Shown here: one piece after another, positions 19,581 to 31,609 of the stretch
How the letters are laid out: each line of letters begins with the position of its first letter
How positions within the stretch are numbered: position 1 is the first letter of the stretch
Assembly (NCBI GenBank): GCA_002245135.1
Contig: NGBS01000923.1
Location: forward strand, 1-49,909
Source: Proteromonas lacertae
Lineage: Eukaryota
Length of the DNA: 49,909 nt
Reading direction: 5' to 3'
The notes under the pieces: model-generated
Databases searched by the model: none
The model's input: the letters and a program-made list of their open reading frames with translations, nothing else
What the model was told of the DNA's origin: nothing
Program-made: the position numbers and the translations under genes

Positions 19581-20041
19581 TATAGTTATTTATTTTGTTT
19601 GTATTACTATTCATATTAAGTCGCTAATTAGACTTTTAAATATATAAATATATTTCAAACAGCTTTATTATGATTATAATGATTAGTTCAAAGTAGAATT
19701 ATAATTTTATATAGGAATTCTATACTATTCATTAAAATCTATTTTGAAATATACAGAAAATCTTTAAGTATATAAAAAATGTCATCCCCTGTTAATCCGC
19801 AAGAAATCATTGATTTAACAAATATATTTTTTAATAGCACATTTCATCATCGTTTTAACCAATTACGATAATGAAATGCCGAAAAAACGTAGTTATGTAG
19901 TTATGAGTACTAACGGATGTGTCAAGAACTACAAAACACATTCCGTTAGTAAGATAATATAATGAAATTTATGGTTGCAAACAATATTTTTGAAAATAAA
20001 ATAAAAAAATTAGAGATTTCTTATTTCTTATGAAATAATTC

Positions 20042-20200
20042 TATAATCAAATATAATCTTACTTTGGCATGTAAGCTACATCTGCAATATATTTTTTTAA
20101 GCTTCCTTGTATATATTATATGTATTTTACTACGTTCAATATTTTTTGGTTTCAATCGTTACTACAGACAATAATACATCAGCTGAGATGAATAAGATAT
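20042..20200. repeat. ~160-bp dispersed repeat shared with the interiors of both MITEs
   Basis: TATAATCAAATATAATCTTACTTTGGCAT...TTACTACAGACA...ATACATCAGCT..GATGAATAAGATAT matches 28357-28519. More diverged match at ~30262-30398. Confidence 0.8.
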
Positions 20201-20201
20201 T

Positions 20202-20501
20202 AGTGAAAGATTTTCAAACGTGGAAAAAGAGCACAAGCGTATAAAGAACTACAGTGACAAATCATTTATATTGGCAAGGCGTAATTTTATTTTAAACCAA
20301 TTATTGTGGATAGAAAGTAGATCAGATAATTACATTAAGATGCTTGAACTCCATATAAAGTGGAACATGAAACAGAAGTTACAACACCTTATTAGTGAGA
20401 TCCACTTATCTAGTATATTTTTAAAACAACAGAAAGCAAATGAAGAAAGGGAATTCTATAAAATGAAGAAATGGCACCACCACCATATTCACACTAATTG
20501 A
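20202..20501 (+). pseudogene. 5'-truncated ORF next to the second terminal-repeat copy
   Basis: Open frame without a proper start, beginning at the junction with the dispersed repeat and ending WHHHHIHTN*. Same relative position as ORF 10837-11250 in element 1. Confidence 0.35.
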
Positions 20502-20534
20502 TTGATTATAATTGATTGATTTGTTTTTATTAAA

Positions 20535-21015
20535 AAGGGTTTATTAAAAAATAACATAATAAATCCATAACCGATTCTTCTTACCCTTTCTTTTTTTTTC
20601 ACTTCCTTACTTAGGGAAAGTGAAGTCGATCACTTTTCTCTAGGTAAATAAGTGAAAAAAAGAAAGGGAAAGGAAAATCGATTATGAAATCCGCATTTCA
20701 AAAATTAAATAAGTAAAAGAAAAAGGGAAAGTGAAAACGAGTCTTAGGTGGTGTATATGGCCTTTCTAAGCTTTATATCAGTCTCTATAACATAATTGAA
20801 CAAATGTTTACAACGGACGGCAGTTACACCGTCAGTTACACGTCAGTTATGTAACTGACATGTAACGGATTCATAACGGCCGTTAAAACCGTTGTACAAA
20901 TGAACGGTTATTGAATAAAATGAAAAATAAGAAAAAATTAAACGAATATATGAATTTTAGCCTCGGGTCCAGCGTCAAGCCTCTGGGTCTGTAGCCCTTA
21001 ATATATATGATTATC
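20535..21015. repeat. Solo direct copy of the element-1 terminal region
   Basis: Collinear with 11342-11856 in the same orientation. Lacks one GGGAAAGTGAAAAC unit and one ~20-bp GC-rich unit. Confidence 0.9.
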
Positions 21016-21195
21016 TTTTTATAGAATGATAAAGAATATAAGAGAAATACATATTAGTCTTCTTATTATTTTTAAGATTATTATTCGAAAGAATAAAAAT
21101 TGAAGAAGATTACTATGTATGTACTATTCAAGAAATTTATCTTTATATATGGTAATAAATAATTTTTTATTATGATTTAGCTTTATATTACAAAC

Positions 21196-23593
21196 CTGAG
21201 TTCGGCAACGGGACGTCCTTTTGTGTTTTGTCCCGTCCCTTGTCCTTTTCATACACGAAAACTTCTCGTTGATTACACATGTCCTCTTTGTCCCGGGACG
21301 TGTAGTTTAACACGTCCTTTTTTGTCCTATATTTTTGAGTTTAAATTTCTGTTTTTTTAATTAAAATATTCTGCAATAACATTAAATAAGCTTAATATTA
21401 AGTATTACATACTATACTCAAGTCATTTTTGTATATCCTAAATAATATCTTTTGAAAATCCATTTAAGCCATATTTGCTATATCTATGAATAATATTTAA
21501 CCCACTTATACCACTTAGATAACTCTGTATAGTTTAATGAAGAATATCCCCATTTACAAACACTCATCGCATAACAGAACTTCACATGATACATGCTTAT
21601 CATTACACTATTTTCTACTATAACATATGCTTGAATTAAATACGAATAAAAAGTAGAAAAAAGAAAAAATGTTTGATTAACTCGAGTTCTTGCATTTTGA
21701 ATGCCATCTCATAATAGGTTTAGAGATAATATCTATAGATTATATAACATCAATAATTGCATAGAAAGACCTGGAGAGAAGAATAAAAGGATTGAATGCA
21801 AAAAGTGCAAAATGTTTATCATCAAGCATGCTACTCAGTTAAAAAGACATGCAAGACAGTATTTTAGATTATTATTATAATTTATAGTTGCACAAGCGTA
21901 GCAGTTCAGTCAACAATTGATATGAGTGATCATAGCAAAGACATGGAGATTGTTGAGTTAATAATAGAAAACAATCTCCCTTTAAGCGTAGTTGAATCCA
22001 AGTCGTTCAAAAGCTTGTTCAAAAATTATGCTGTGCCATCAACTAAAAAAGTAAAAAAGATAATTGAAACAGAATCGAAGAAAATGTTAAATGAGTGTAT
22101 AGATAGAAGAAAAAAACTAACAATAATATTGGATGAATGGAAAAATATACTTGGAAATAGCATCATAAACATAGCAGTTAAACAGAATCAAAGAATTGTA
22201 TTTGTTGAAAGTGTATTACAAAAAAAGGTACAAACAACAAGAAATATTGTAGATCTTATTTCTGATACCTTAGAAAGAAATAATTTGGATATGAATAACA
22301 TTTCTGCAGTAGTAACTGACAACAATCCAACTATGAAACATATTGGTGAAGTTATTCAACAAAGAACAAGCTATACAATTATTACATTTGGATGCCTTGC
22401 TCATGTTGTAAATTTAATTACCAAAAAAATAATGGAAATTGATAAGTATAATGATATTCTTCAGTATTGCAATGACATGATTCATAAACTAAAAACCAAT
22501 ACACGAGTAAGACAATTTATATTCAACAAATATCAGGAAGTTCCGCAGATCAGAAAAGGATGTCCAACTAGATGAACATCTTTTTCAAAAATGTTTAGCA
22601 AAATTATTAAACACAAAGATATTTTAATTGATGCTAAGTTATTAGATGAAAGTCGTTGCGAAGAAATAAGTGAAATAATGAAAATTACCAACAAGCTATC
22701 ATATGTGCAAGAATTAAGCAGAGATAGCACTACTTTAAGCGATGCATACTGTATCATTAAATCAATGAAGAGATATTTGAAGGCATGCGAAAATGATAAT
22801 ATTAAGAATATAATTACCAAACAATTGGAATTAGCGAATTTGGATATATTATTGATAAGTCAATATTTAAATGTAAACTATAAATTCAAACATGGAGATA
22901 AAAATGATTACGCAAAGAGATTCATTATAGATAATTTCTCTGATATTTGTGACAGAAATTTGGTTGCAGAAATATACTTTTTTGAAAACAGAATGCCATA
23001 CAATGGTTCACCTTCTTCCATTTTTCGCGAAAGCATTTCAACAGATATATGGTTTGCAACATATGGGATATACTTTAGAAATTTAAAGAAAATTTATGAC
23101 ATTTTATCAACAATACCATGTTCAAGCTCTTTTATTGAGAGAAGTTTCTCCATCGAAAGCGTAATACATTCATACAGGAGAAACAGATTAAACTTAGATA
23201 CTATTAATAACATTATGAGATTAAAGTATGAATTAGTTGAGAGAAATAAGAGAGAAAAAGAACAAAATGTAGAAAGTGATGAAGATGAAGAAAGTGAAGA
23301 AGATGAAGAAAGTGATGAAGATGAAAATAGAGAAATTACTAATGTGGAAGAAATAAGTGAAGAAGATGATGATGAAAGCGAAGAAGGTAGTCCAGATTAT
23401 TAATGTTATTATTAATTATATTTATTCTTACTTATAAATGTTTTAATAAAATAAAAAATCACATAATTAATTTATATAACAAAAAGGTAATATCAAATGT
23501 TTACAAAAAGGACAAATTACTGTCCTTTATCATACTCTTGTCCCGGACATGTCCCGGACATGTCCTTTTTGTCCCTGTCCCCGCCGAACTCAG
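21196..23593 (+). mobile_element. Full-length hAT DNA transposon (2398 bp)
   Basis: 11-bp TIRs CTGAGTTCGGC / GCCGAACTCAG, perfect 8-bp TSD TTACAAAC (21188-21195 and 23594-23601), and subterminal GTCC/GGAC repeats. Confidence 0.96.
21701..23403 (+). pseudogene. hAT transposase with BED finger, one 29-nt intron (21859-21887) and one in-frame TGA (22573-22575)
   Basis: Motifs CKKC...H...C, IILDEW, VVTDN, CLAH, PTR*(W) and SSSFIERSFS, plus an acidic tail. The two track ORFs are in the same frame. Confidence 0.92.
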
Positions 23594-24411
23594 TTACAAA
23601 CACATTTTCAACTATCTACTTATATTCACATAATATTCCTTCTAACCTACTCAACTCTTTTGAGCTTCTAAATCGTACATTATACACTCTAATTCCTTCT
23701 TCTTTTCTCAAACTATTTTAGAAAGAACCATACTTTTTCATATAAACAAACAATTTGCAGTATTTTCATTCATTTTCTTATATTAATAATAACTACATAT
23801 CTTTTTTAAACCACTACATGAAAATCTTTTAGCAAGAGTTAAAAATCACTAATCATCTGTACTAATGGATTGCTATTATATTATTCTCTATCTCTTTCCT
23901 CCTTATATTAATTTATATGTAATCCTCATTAGTGATTGACATGTTAAAATAAGCAATTAAATAAATAGAATCATTTAATGACAAATTTCTACAATTAATA
24001 ATGATTCTATCATTTAATTACCACATTTAAGACTTGGAACATTAATTTCATCTAATTATTCCTATTAAGAATAAATTAGCATTTATACAACTACTATTCC
24101 AGTAAATTTCTATAAATCACATATACAAACATCATAATAGTATCAATTATCCATATGTAGCATTATAAATTAAAACATTTTCATTGTAAACACAGTTTAA
24201 ATGCTTGAAATAGGTAATACACACATCATTCACATATTTGAAATTATGATTTACTTTTTCTCTTTAATTCATATCACATTATTAGATAAATAAATAATTT
24301 CATTAACAGCTTTGTCTATAAACCTTCATCCAAACAAAAACATCTCATTATTAACCAGTTTACAAGTATATCATGTAGGATAATCATAACTCTATATTAT
24401 TATAAAATATA

Positions 24412-24474
24412 ATAATAATGAATATTAGGGTGAAATAGAACACTGTTCCATTTCACCCTAATATTCATTATTAT
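24412..24474. other. Inverted repeat with perfect 25-bp arms
   Basis: ATAATAATGAATATTAGGGTGAAAT - 13 nt - ATTTCACCCTAATATTCATTATTAT. Confidence 0.85.
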
Positions 24475-25161
24475 AATATACATACAGCTTCAATAGATTT
24501 TCACATTTTTTTCTATTTGTAACTTGAGAAAAGCTTGATTCTTTGAATTAATTTTTTGAATTATTCTATAAAAGAAGGACTTATTTATGTAAAGACAGGA
24601 AAATATGGCAATGCTGATGAACAGTTAGGATAATAAGCTAATAATAGTGAAATAAATGTAGATTTAATTAAAAATGTTAATATGTTAAAATATTAGTTAT
24701 AATTATATCAATATTCTTGTAAATAATGTCTGTTTAAAAAATGTGGTATACTGTATTTGTTTTTGATTATATTTTATCAAATGCAAATTACACTAACTTC
24801 ATTATCAAAAATGGAAAATCTTTTATTACCCTTTCAATAAATCATTCTAAACAGAATGTTATCTTGCATTATAATGTTGAAGATGATGTTGAAGGCTTTT
24901 AAAACTGCCTAGATCATCTGGATTATCTATAAAAGATTATAAAATAATATATATAAATGATACTAATGATAATGATATTCTATCAGTAATTCACTTTATG
25001 ATGTGTGAAAGGTATACTGTTGTGGAAAACATTGATCCATATCAAATTGGAATAATTATGAAAGTATGTATTACTAAATATATTAAAGATAAAACCAATT
25101 TTGTTAGTATTTAAAAAGTGAATATGTTGATTATACTACTACACTTACTATTGATTCAGTT

Positions 25162-25610
25162 TTGAAGGATAAATATATTAAAATTGTTAATTTAATTATT
25201 AAATCTTTGAATAACAACATGTTAAACACATCTACTTTTGTTTTTCTCTTACATTCACTTAATTATGAAAACAGTAATGTTGTTGAGCCATTATTATTTA
25301 TCCTTAAAAAATGGAATAAAAAAATAAACACTACAGGTAAATATTTCTATCCAGTTTGTCACGAATACCATTGGACGTTGTGGGAAATTGATTATATTCA
25401 TCTTTATTCCATAAGTTATACAATTTATGATTCATTATCATCATTGTCAGATAATTCTATAAAAATTATAAAAAATAAAATAAGTGAAATATTTGATATG
25501 AACAATATAATGTATGAAAATATAAGTAACAAGTTTAATATACCAAAACAAGGAAAAAAGATAACAGCTATGGATATTTTGTGTTGTTCTATCTATTATC
25601 TAGGATAAAG
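25162..25610 (+). pseudogene. Degenerate Ulp1-family (C48) protease fragment, probably transposon cargo
   Basis: YPVCHEYHWTL, YTIYDSLS and IPKQ. After a frameshift, DNSYGYFV lies where DCG is expected, so the catalytic Cys is lost. Confidence 0.65.
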
Positions 25611-26479
25611 AATAAAAAAATAGAAGATATACCATTTATTAATTATTTCAATGTTGTTGATTTTATAGATAATTTGAAGAAACTTCTTTATAATTTGTCG
25701 GATGAAGAGAAATGCAGAATATACTTAAATAACTCACTTTTAAAGATTTAAAATACCTATTTAGTATTGCGTATTTTCTGTAACCTAACTGCATACTAAA
25801 ATCGGGATCTTGTGTTTTGGGTGGCCACTCAAAATTTGGACACCCTATTTCTAGAGGTGTTTCAACCTCAATACTCATATTTATCTTACTATTATCATAA
25901 AACTAAGCGTTTCTGAACTTATCTTTGTATTTCGTTAACTTTCAATTCACACATTATGACATTATTTTTAAAATTTGGGCGCCTCATGGTCCAGACTATA
26001 GAGCATAATAACTGCATCTTAGATCTCCAATTTTTATTTATATATTATGCTTATTGAATGAGAGTGCTCAAAAAATAACAAGAATCGACATAAACATAAG
26101 TTTGATCATTTTTTCAATTTTTATTTTTTGAGCACCTGCCTCCTATAGGAAGTAAGGGCTCAATATAATAATATATTATGTATATATGATGATTATTAAA
26201 CTTATTTATTTAATTATATTTGTCTAATTTTCGTAATCTAGCTATTTCCTTAATTATTTATAATTGATTTATAGTATAATAAAATTATACGCATTTGTAA
26301 CACATAATGTTTATATGTACCTATTTATACTTTATCAAACATATTTGTAAATATTTCTAATTATAAACATACAAAACACTAACAGATGTATATTTATTTG
26401 TTACTCAATGATAATTTAACCTTTGTCTTAAAAATCAAATCAGAAATCCATAATAACATCAATGTGTCTTTTTTTCTCA

Positions 26480-26720
26480 GTTTGCATAGCTTCTACTATA
26501 GCTAAATTTGCACCTTCTTCTACTACTTTACCTTCTTTACTAATACATCTATAAAACTACCAGTCATTGAGACAAGCTAAAAATTTGGAATGATTTACTT
26601 CAGGTTTTGGAATCATGCTTTGATAATTTGCTTTCTAAAGCATTTCTTACATCTATAGTGAAGCTACCTCCATAACCTTCTACTAATCTTTTCATATATT
26701 GTACAGCTACTTCTTTAACT
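26480..26720 (-). pseudogene. Frameshifted fragment resembling the biotinyl-domain end of propionyl-CoA carboxylase alpha; second copy on + at ~29145-29370
   Basis: Joined frames read VAVQYMKRLVEGYGGSFTIDVRNALESKLSK / MIPKPEVNHSKFLAC / SMTGSFIDVLV / EGKVVEEGANLAIVEAMQ, compared with the SPMPG...EAMKM consensus. Confidence 0.65.
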
Positions 26721-28266
26721 TTGTATAACTTTTACTTTATTAAATCACCTATTTTAGAAACCTTTGTATGTTTAAAACAGAGTTAACTTCTACATCACCA
26801 CATAATCTCAATACTATTTTTATTTCTTTTCTATTCAATAAACAAGTCTCAATTATCGCTTTAACAATTACATTGGTCTTATGACGTTCCACTACAAAAG
26901 GAATAATTTCTTTATTTTAATATTTTTAGTCATTTTCTTTTAATGCTACAACAATAACCTTATCTGAGCTATCAGCGTTATCTTTTATAAATATTCTGGC
27001 TTCTTGCAATTTTATTTCACTTTTATCTAAACCACCATCTCTTAATCTTGATTTGCTACACTAAATATTATCTCTCTATCAAATGGTAATTCAATGGTTA
27101 TTACTTGATATTTGAATAAAATCGTTCCTATTGTTTCACCTTCAGTAATATCTTGAAAATGGATGATTAAAACAATATAATCTATAGTTCCACTTAATTT
27201 TTTTGGTTTTGGTGTCTTCATTACTGCAACATAGTAATATTGTGTTGATGTTACTGAATTATACCATTCTTCGTTCCTCATTATCCATGTTTTAACACCA
27301 TATAATACATTTTACGAATAGTATATTTACTTCTTTCATACTTTTGATGGATTATATTAAACTACAATCAAAATCATGTTGTATTTGACTTCATTCACAT
27401 TTTTGATCAACTTTAACTATTCTACTTACACTATATCCAATTCTTCTCAGTTTCAAGCAAATGAATGAGCGAATTTAAATATTCACAAATATTCTTTGTT
27501 AGATGAATGTTTTGTTGGGTATGTTTCAACTAACCAACATAATTCAGAGGATTATAAAGATTGTCCTATACATGGATTTCTTCCTTTTACGTTATAATTT
27601 TTATTATCTGATTCCTCATTCATTCATTCATATTGCTTTCATAGGTATTTATTCTTTGCTTCCACTAATTTCTCTTTATTTATTGCAAACGCTATTTATA
27701 TATAAATAAAATATACCATTAAACTACTTAAGTGTACTAAAATACAAATTAGTAGAATTATCATTGATAGCAATTCCACAACCATTTTTCTTAAAATCCA
27801 CCTTGAAGTAGTATTAATTGGGCCCATTCTATTCCTACTGTAAAAATACATATATAATATAGAAAATTATGTTGATATCTATAGGACATAACCTAATAAA
27901 CTTGAAAATAAATGGAATTTTCAAACTAAAGCTTGAATATAATTTTCTATTTTTTAAAGAAATAGATGTATTTTATAACGAATTGTGTAAAAGAAATGGA
28001 GATGATTATGAATATACACATTATACACATATTAACCATATTCGGTGATAAGAACTGAAACAACGACGTAATTTCTTATTATTTCTACATAATATAGGGT
28101 ACAATAGATATAATAACAGTTGTTTACCTTTAGCTCCATCTTCTTGAAGATAAATCAGACAGTAGAGATGGTAAAATAATGAAAGAAAGTAAAAATGAGG
28201 AGAATAACAACTAGATGTAACAACTCCAGAGATAAAATTGCAAGAAGCCAGAATATTTATAAAAGA

Positions 28267-28873
28267 TGTAGTACGCCTTTGGGAGATTTGCGCCGTTGGG
28301 AGATAAAAGGGTTTTATTAAAAACTAATTCGACAGTAGAGGGTTTGGTAGTGAGTTATAATCAAATATAATCTTACTTTGGCATATAAGCTACATCTGCG
28401 ATATATTTCTTTTTAAGCTTGCGCCTTGTATATATGAAACGCATTTTACTTCATTCAATATTTTTTTGTTTCAATCGTTACTACAGACAAAAATACATCA
28501 GCTAAGATGAATAAGATATGAAAAAATTGATGTTAAGGCAATTAAAAATGGAAAAATAAAAATTTCAATTTCAAGCCTCCTTCTTGAAAAGTACCACTAT
28601 ATAAAGAAATTAAAATTATTATATTCTATTCATCTAAAAACTTTAATTTCGTTTTCTGCTATTGCTATTGACGTTTAATATGAAGTATAAATATACAATG
28701 TTGGATATATAACTGATTAACCAGAACTATACGATAAACAGCCAACGTAACATTTTTGAAAAACTAAGTGTATATCTGTAATATTTAGGGGCTAATGGTT
28801 ACGTATATAACTTCAACGTAATCTAAAACCCTTTTATCTCCCAACGGCACAAATCTCCCAACGGCGTACAACA
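28267..28873. mobile_element. MITE 1 (607 bp), TGT...ACA ends, 50-bp TIRs, 5-bp TSD AAAGA
   Basis: TIR TGTAGTACGCCTTTGGGAGATTTGCGCCGTTGGGAGATAAAAGGGTTTTA with 3 mismatches to the right end. The empty site is visible in the paralogous arm near 26985. Confidence 0.93.
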
Positions 28874-29893
28874 AAAGATAACGCTGATAGCTCAGATAAG
28901 GTTATTGTTGTAGCATTAAAAGAAAATGACTAAAAATATTAAAATAAAGAAATTATTCCTTTTGTAGTGGAACGTCATAAGACCAATGTACTTGTTAAAG
29001 CGATAATTGAGACTTGTTTATTGAATAGAAAAGAAATAAAAATAGTATTGAGATTATGTGGTGATGTAGAAGTTAACTCTGTTTTAAACATACAAAGGTT
29101 TCTAAAATAGGTGATTTAATAAAGTAAAAGTTATACAAAGTTAAAGAAGTAGCTGTACAATATATGAAAAGATTAGTAGAAGGTTATGGAAGTAACTTCA
29201 CTATAGATGTAAGAAATGCTTTAGAAAGCAAATTATCAAAATTCATGATTATAAAACGAGAAGTAGATGATTCTAAATTCTTAACTTATCCAATGACTAG
29301 TAATTTAATAAATGTAAGTAAATTATGTTCAAGAAGGAGATAATTTAACAATAATAGAAGCTATGGAAATGTAAAATATGTTGACTTCCTCGAATAGATA
29401 CAAGATTGCCAAAATTTAGTTGAATGATTTGTTTTTTAAGAAAAAGGTTCAATTATCTGTTAGTTATAAATAGATATGTCTTAATGACTTAGTTAAATTG
29501 TTTTTATGGGATAAACGATTGAAATACAGCTTAAGATAGTTATTCAGATAGTAAATAAGTGAAACAGTTTAAAAAATAATAGTATTTATTAATTAATTAA
29601 CAAAAATAAGCCCTAGCTTCCTATAGGAGGCAGGTGCTCAAATTTTATAAAATATAAAAAAATATTCAAGCCGAGCTTGTGTTATCACACATTATATTTT
29701 GAGCATTCTCATCTAATAGTAAGATATTTAATAAAAAAACTGGAGATCCTGTGTACAGTTATTATGTACAATAGGTTGTGCTATCCCTACCATCTTCTCA
29801 GAATCTCTTAATTAAGCAATTATAGTCAAGTAATATAAAATATTAGAGTCAAACTCTAGCTAGATTAGGCGAGTTCAAATTTTGAACACGTGT

Positions 29894-31270
29894 CTAAACC
29901 CAAACTTCCCGAATATAGGATCTTATATCATTAAAAGATTCAACAAAATGTTGAAGCATGTCGTAGCAAGAGAACCATCTAACATCTATAGTACTTGGTA
30001 TTTTGGCAGTTATTATATTTAACTTTTCTTGATTATATTTTAATATTAAAACTTTCCTTAGTTCTTCATAGAAATTGTCCTTCCTGTTTAAATGATCAAG
30101 GAGTTTACTAAATTTGTTCACAGATATTTTAATTATTGTTGTTCCCCGTATGGCGGAAATCCCCGTATGGCGGAACTCTATATTGCAGAATGATTCAATC
30201 AAAACTAATATGATATTCATGATGTTCGGAGTTAGTTATTAACAAATATATAGTTAGTTTGTCATATGACCTACATCTGTGATATACTTTTTTATGAACT
30301 TCATTATTATCAATATTAAACTAATTTTTGTATATTTTCTATTTTAATGTATCAGTGACTACTACAGTCTAAAATACATTATCTGATATGAATAGATTAC
30401 AATAGTTTCAATAACATTAAAATAATGTATTTTAGACTGTAGTAGTCACTGATACATTAAAATAGAAAATATACAAAAATTAGTTTAATATTGATAATAA
30501 TGAAGTTCATAAAAAAGTATATCGCAGATGTAGGTCATATGACAAACTAACTATATATTTGTTAATAACTAACTCCGAACATCATGAATATCATATTAGT
30601 TTTGATTGAATCATTCTGCAATATAGAGTTCCGCCATACGGGGATTTCCGCCATACGGGGAATAACAATTATAACTTCCGATCTTAATAATGCGTTATGT
30701 AAACGATGACTAAAACAATGTATATGCATAAAGGAGCACATCTTAATAACTGCTACCATGTCACTATTTGTAAATTATTTAGTATAATTGATGTAGTTTC
30801 AGACTTTTTATTATCTACTTGTTCTGTATATAATAAATATAATGTAATACTCATATCCTTCATGAAATCCACAAAAATAGCTAAGTAGTTTGTCTTTTTA
30901 CCTTTCCAATGGTCCATTTGAATATTCACAAATTTAGTGTTTTCTATGTCGCATTCCATTTTCTTTTTTATTAACGATATTATTGAATCGGTTGTATATG
31001 ATATCTGCTTATATGTAGGTAATTTTATATGTAATGTATCAAAAAAACTACTGAACCCATATCCATCTCCAAATCGCAAAGGTCGACAATCTATGTGTAA
31101 CGCTGCCACGTATTGGTAAAGAATTTTTCTGTTGATATTGCTGTTTGTTGGTATTGTTGTTTGATAAAAGTGTTGGATTAAATTTTTGTTTTTAATACAC
31201 CCTTCACTAAATTTATGTTTCTTCATTAGATGGCTTTTTAAGTGCGATGTGTTTAAATCCTTTTGTGTAC
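29894..31270 (-). pseudogene. Second hAT transposase, frameshifted, 3'-truncated and interrupted by MITE 2
   Basis: TSHLKSHLMKKH (BED end), NIQMDHW, HCFSHRLHN and DVRWFSCYDML. GC-rich terminus-like sequence at ~31463-31526. Confidence 0.85.
30137..30667. mobile_element. MITE 2, fold-back (531 bp; 246-bp arms, 39-bp spacer), TGT...ACA ends, 5-bp TSD ATTAT
   Basis: 30137-30382 is the reverse complement of 30422-30667 with about 2 mismatches. TSD at 30132-30136 and 30668-30672. Confidence 0.93.
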
Positions 31271-31609
31271 CTAATTATATCTATTATAAAATAAATACCA
31301 ATATTGACGTTAAAAATATAGCAGATTGACAAAGAAAACTCATAAAAAAGAATAAAGACTATTTTTTGATAATTATTTTTTTATAGTTACATTATATAGC
31401 AATTTCAACACATTTTTATACTTTAAATCACACCCCCTTCACTATTTATTTTTTATGAAATCCAGCGGCTGCCGGCACCACGGCATCGTAGAAATATCGT
31501 AGAACTGACGCCGTTTTTAGCACCTTAAAATGGAGGGAAATAATGAAACGAATATATTTTTTATATAAAAACACACATATAACATCCAACCTAGATTTAT
31601 AATTATTAT

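Larger units (their letters stand above)
25996..29775. repeat. Large inverted duplication (arms 25996-27015 and 28232-29775)
   Basis: The 397-bp core 26619-27015 is near-identical to 28232-29240 once the MITE is removed. Outer parts are diverged but alignable, e.g. TTGAGCACCTGCCTCCTATAGGAAG at ~26128 versus its reverse complement at 29609-29641. Confidence 0.85.

Noticed and set aside
11342..21015. The two ~500-bp repeats as an LTR pair or TIR pair around one element
   Set aside because: They are direct, lack TG...CA ends and TSDs, and enclose ordinary spliced host genes such as RINT1.
22573..22575. UGA=Trp recoding suggested by TGA at the hAT RW motif
   Set aside because: Other Trp codons in the same gene are TGG, and TGA terminates predicted host genes (16127-16129, 31610-31612). 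A point mutation is simpler.
30562..30759. ORFs 30562-30759 and 29894-30220 as independent genes
   Set aside because: They are hAT transposase pieces joined to MITE 2 sequence.
31542..31557. 16-bp match AATGAAACGAATATAT to the element-1 terminus
   Set aside because: Short and AT-rich, with no flanking similarity.
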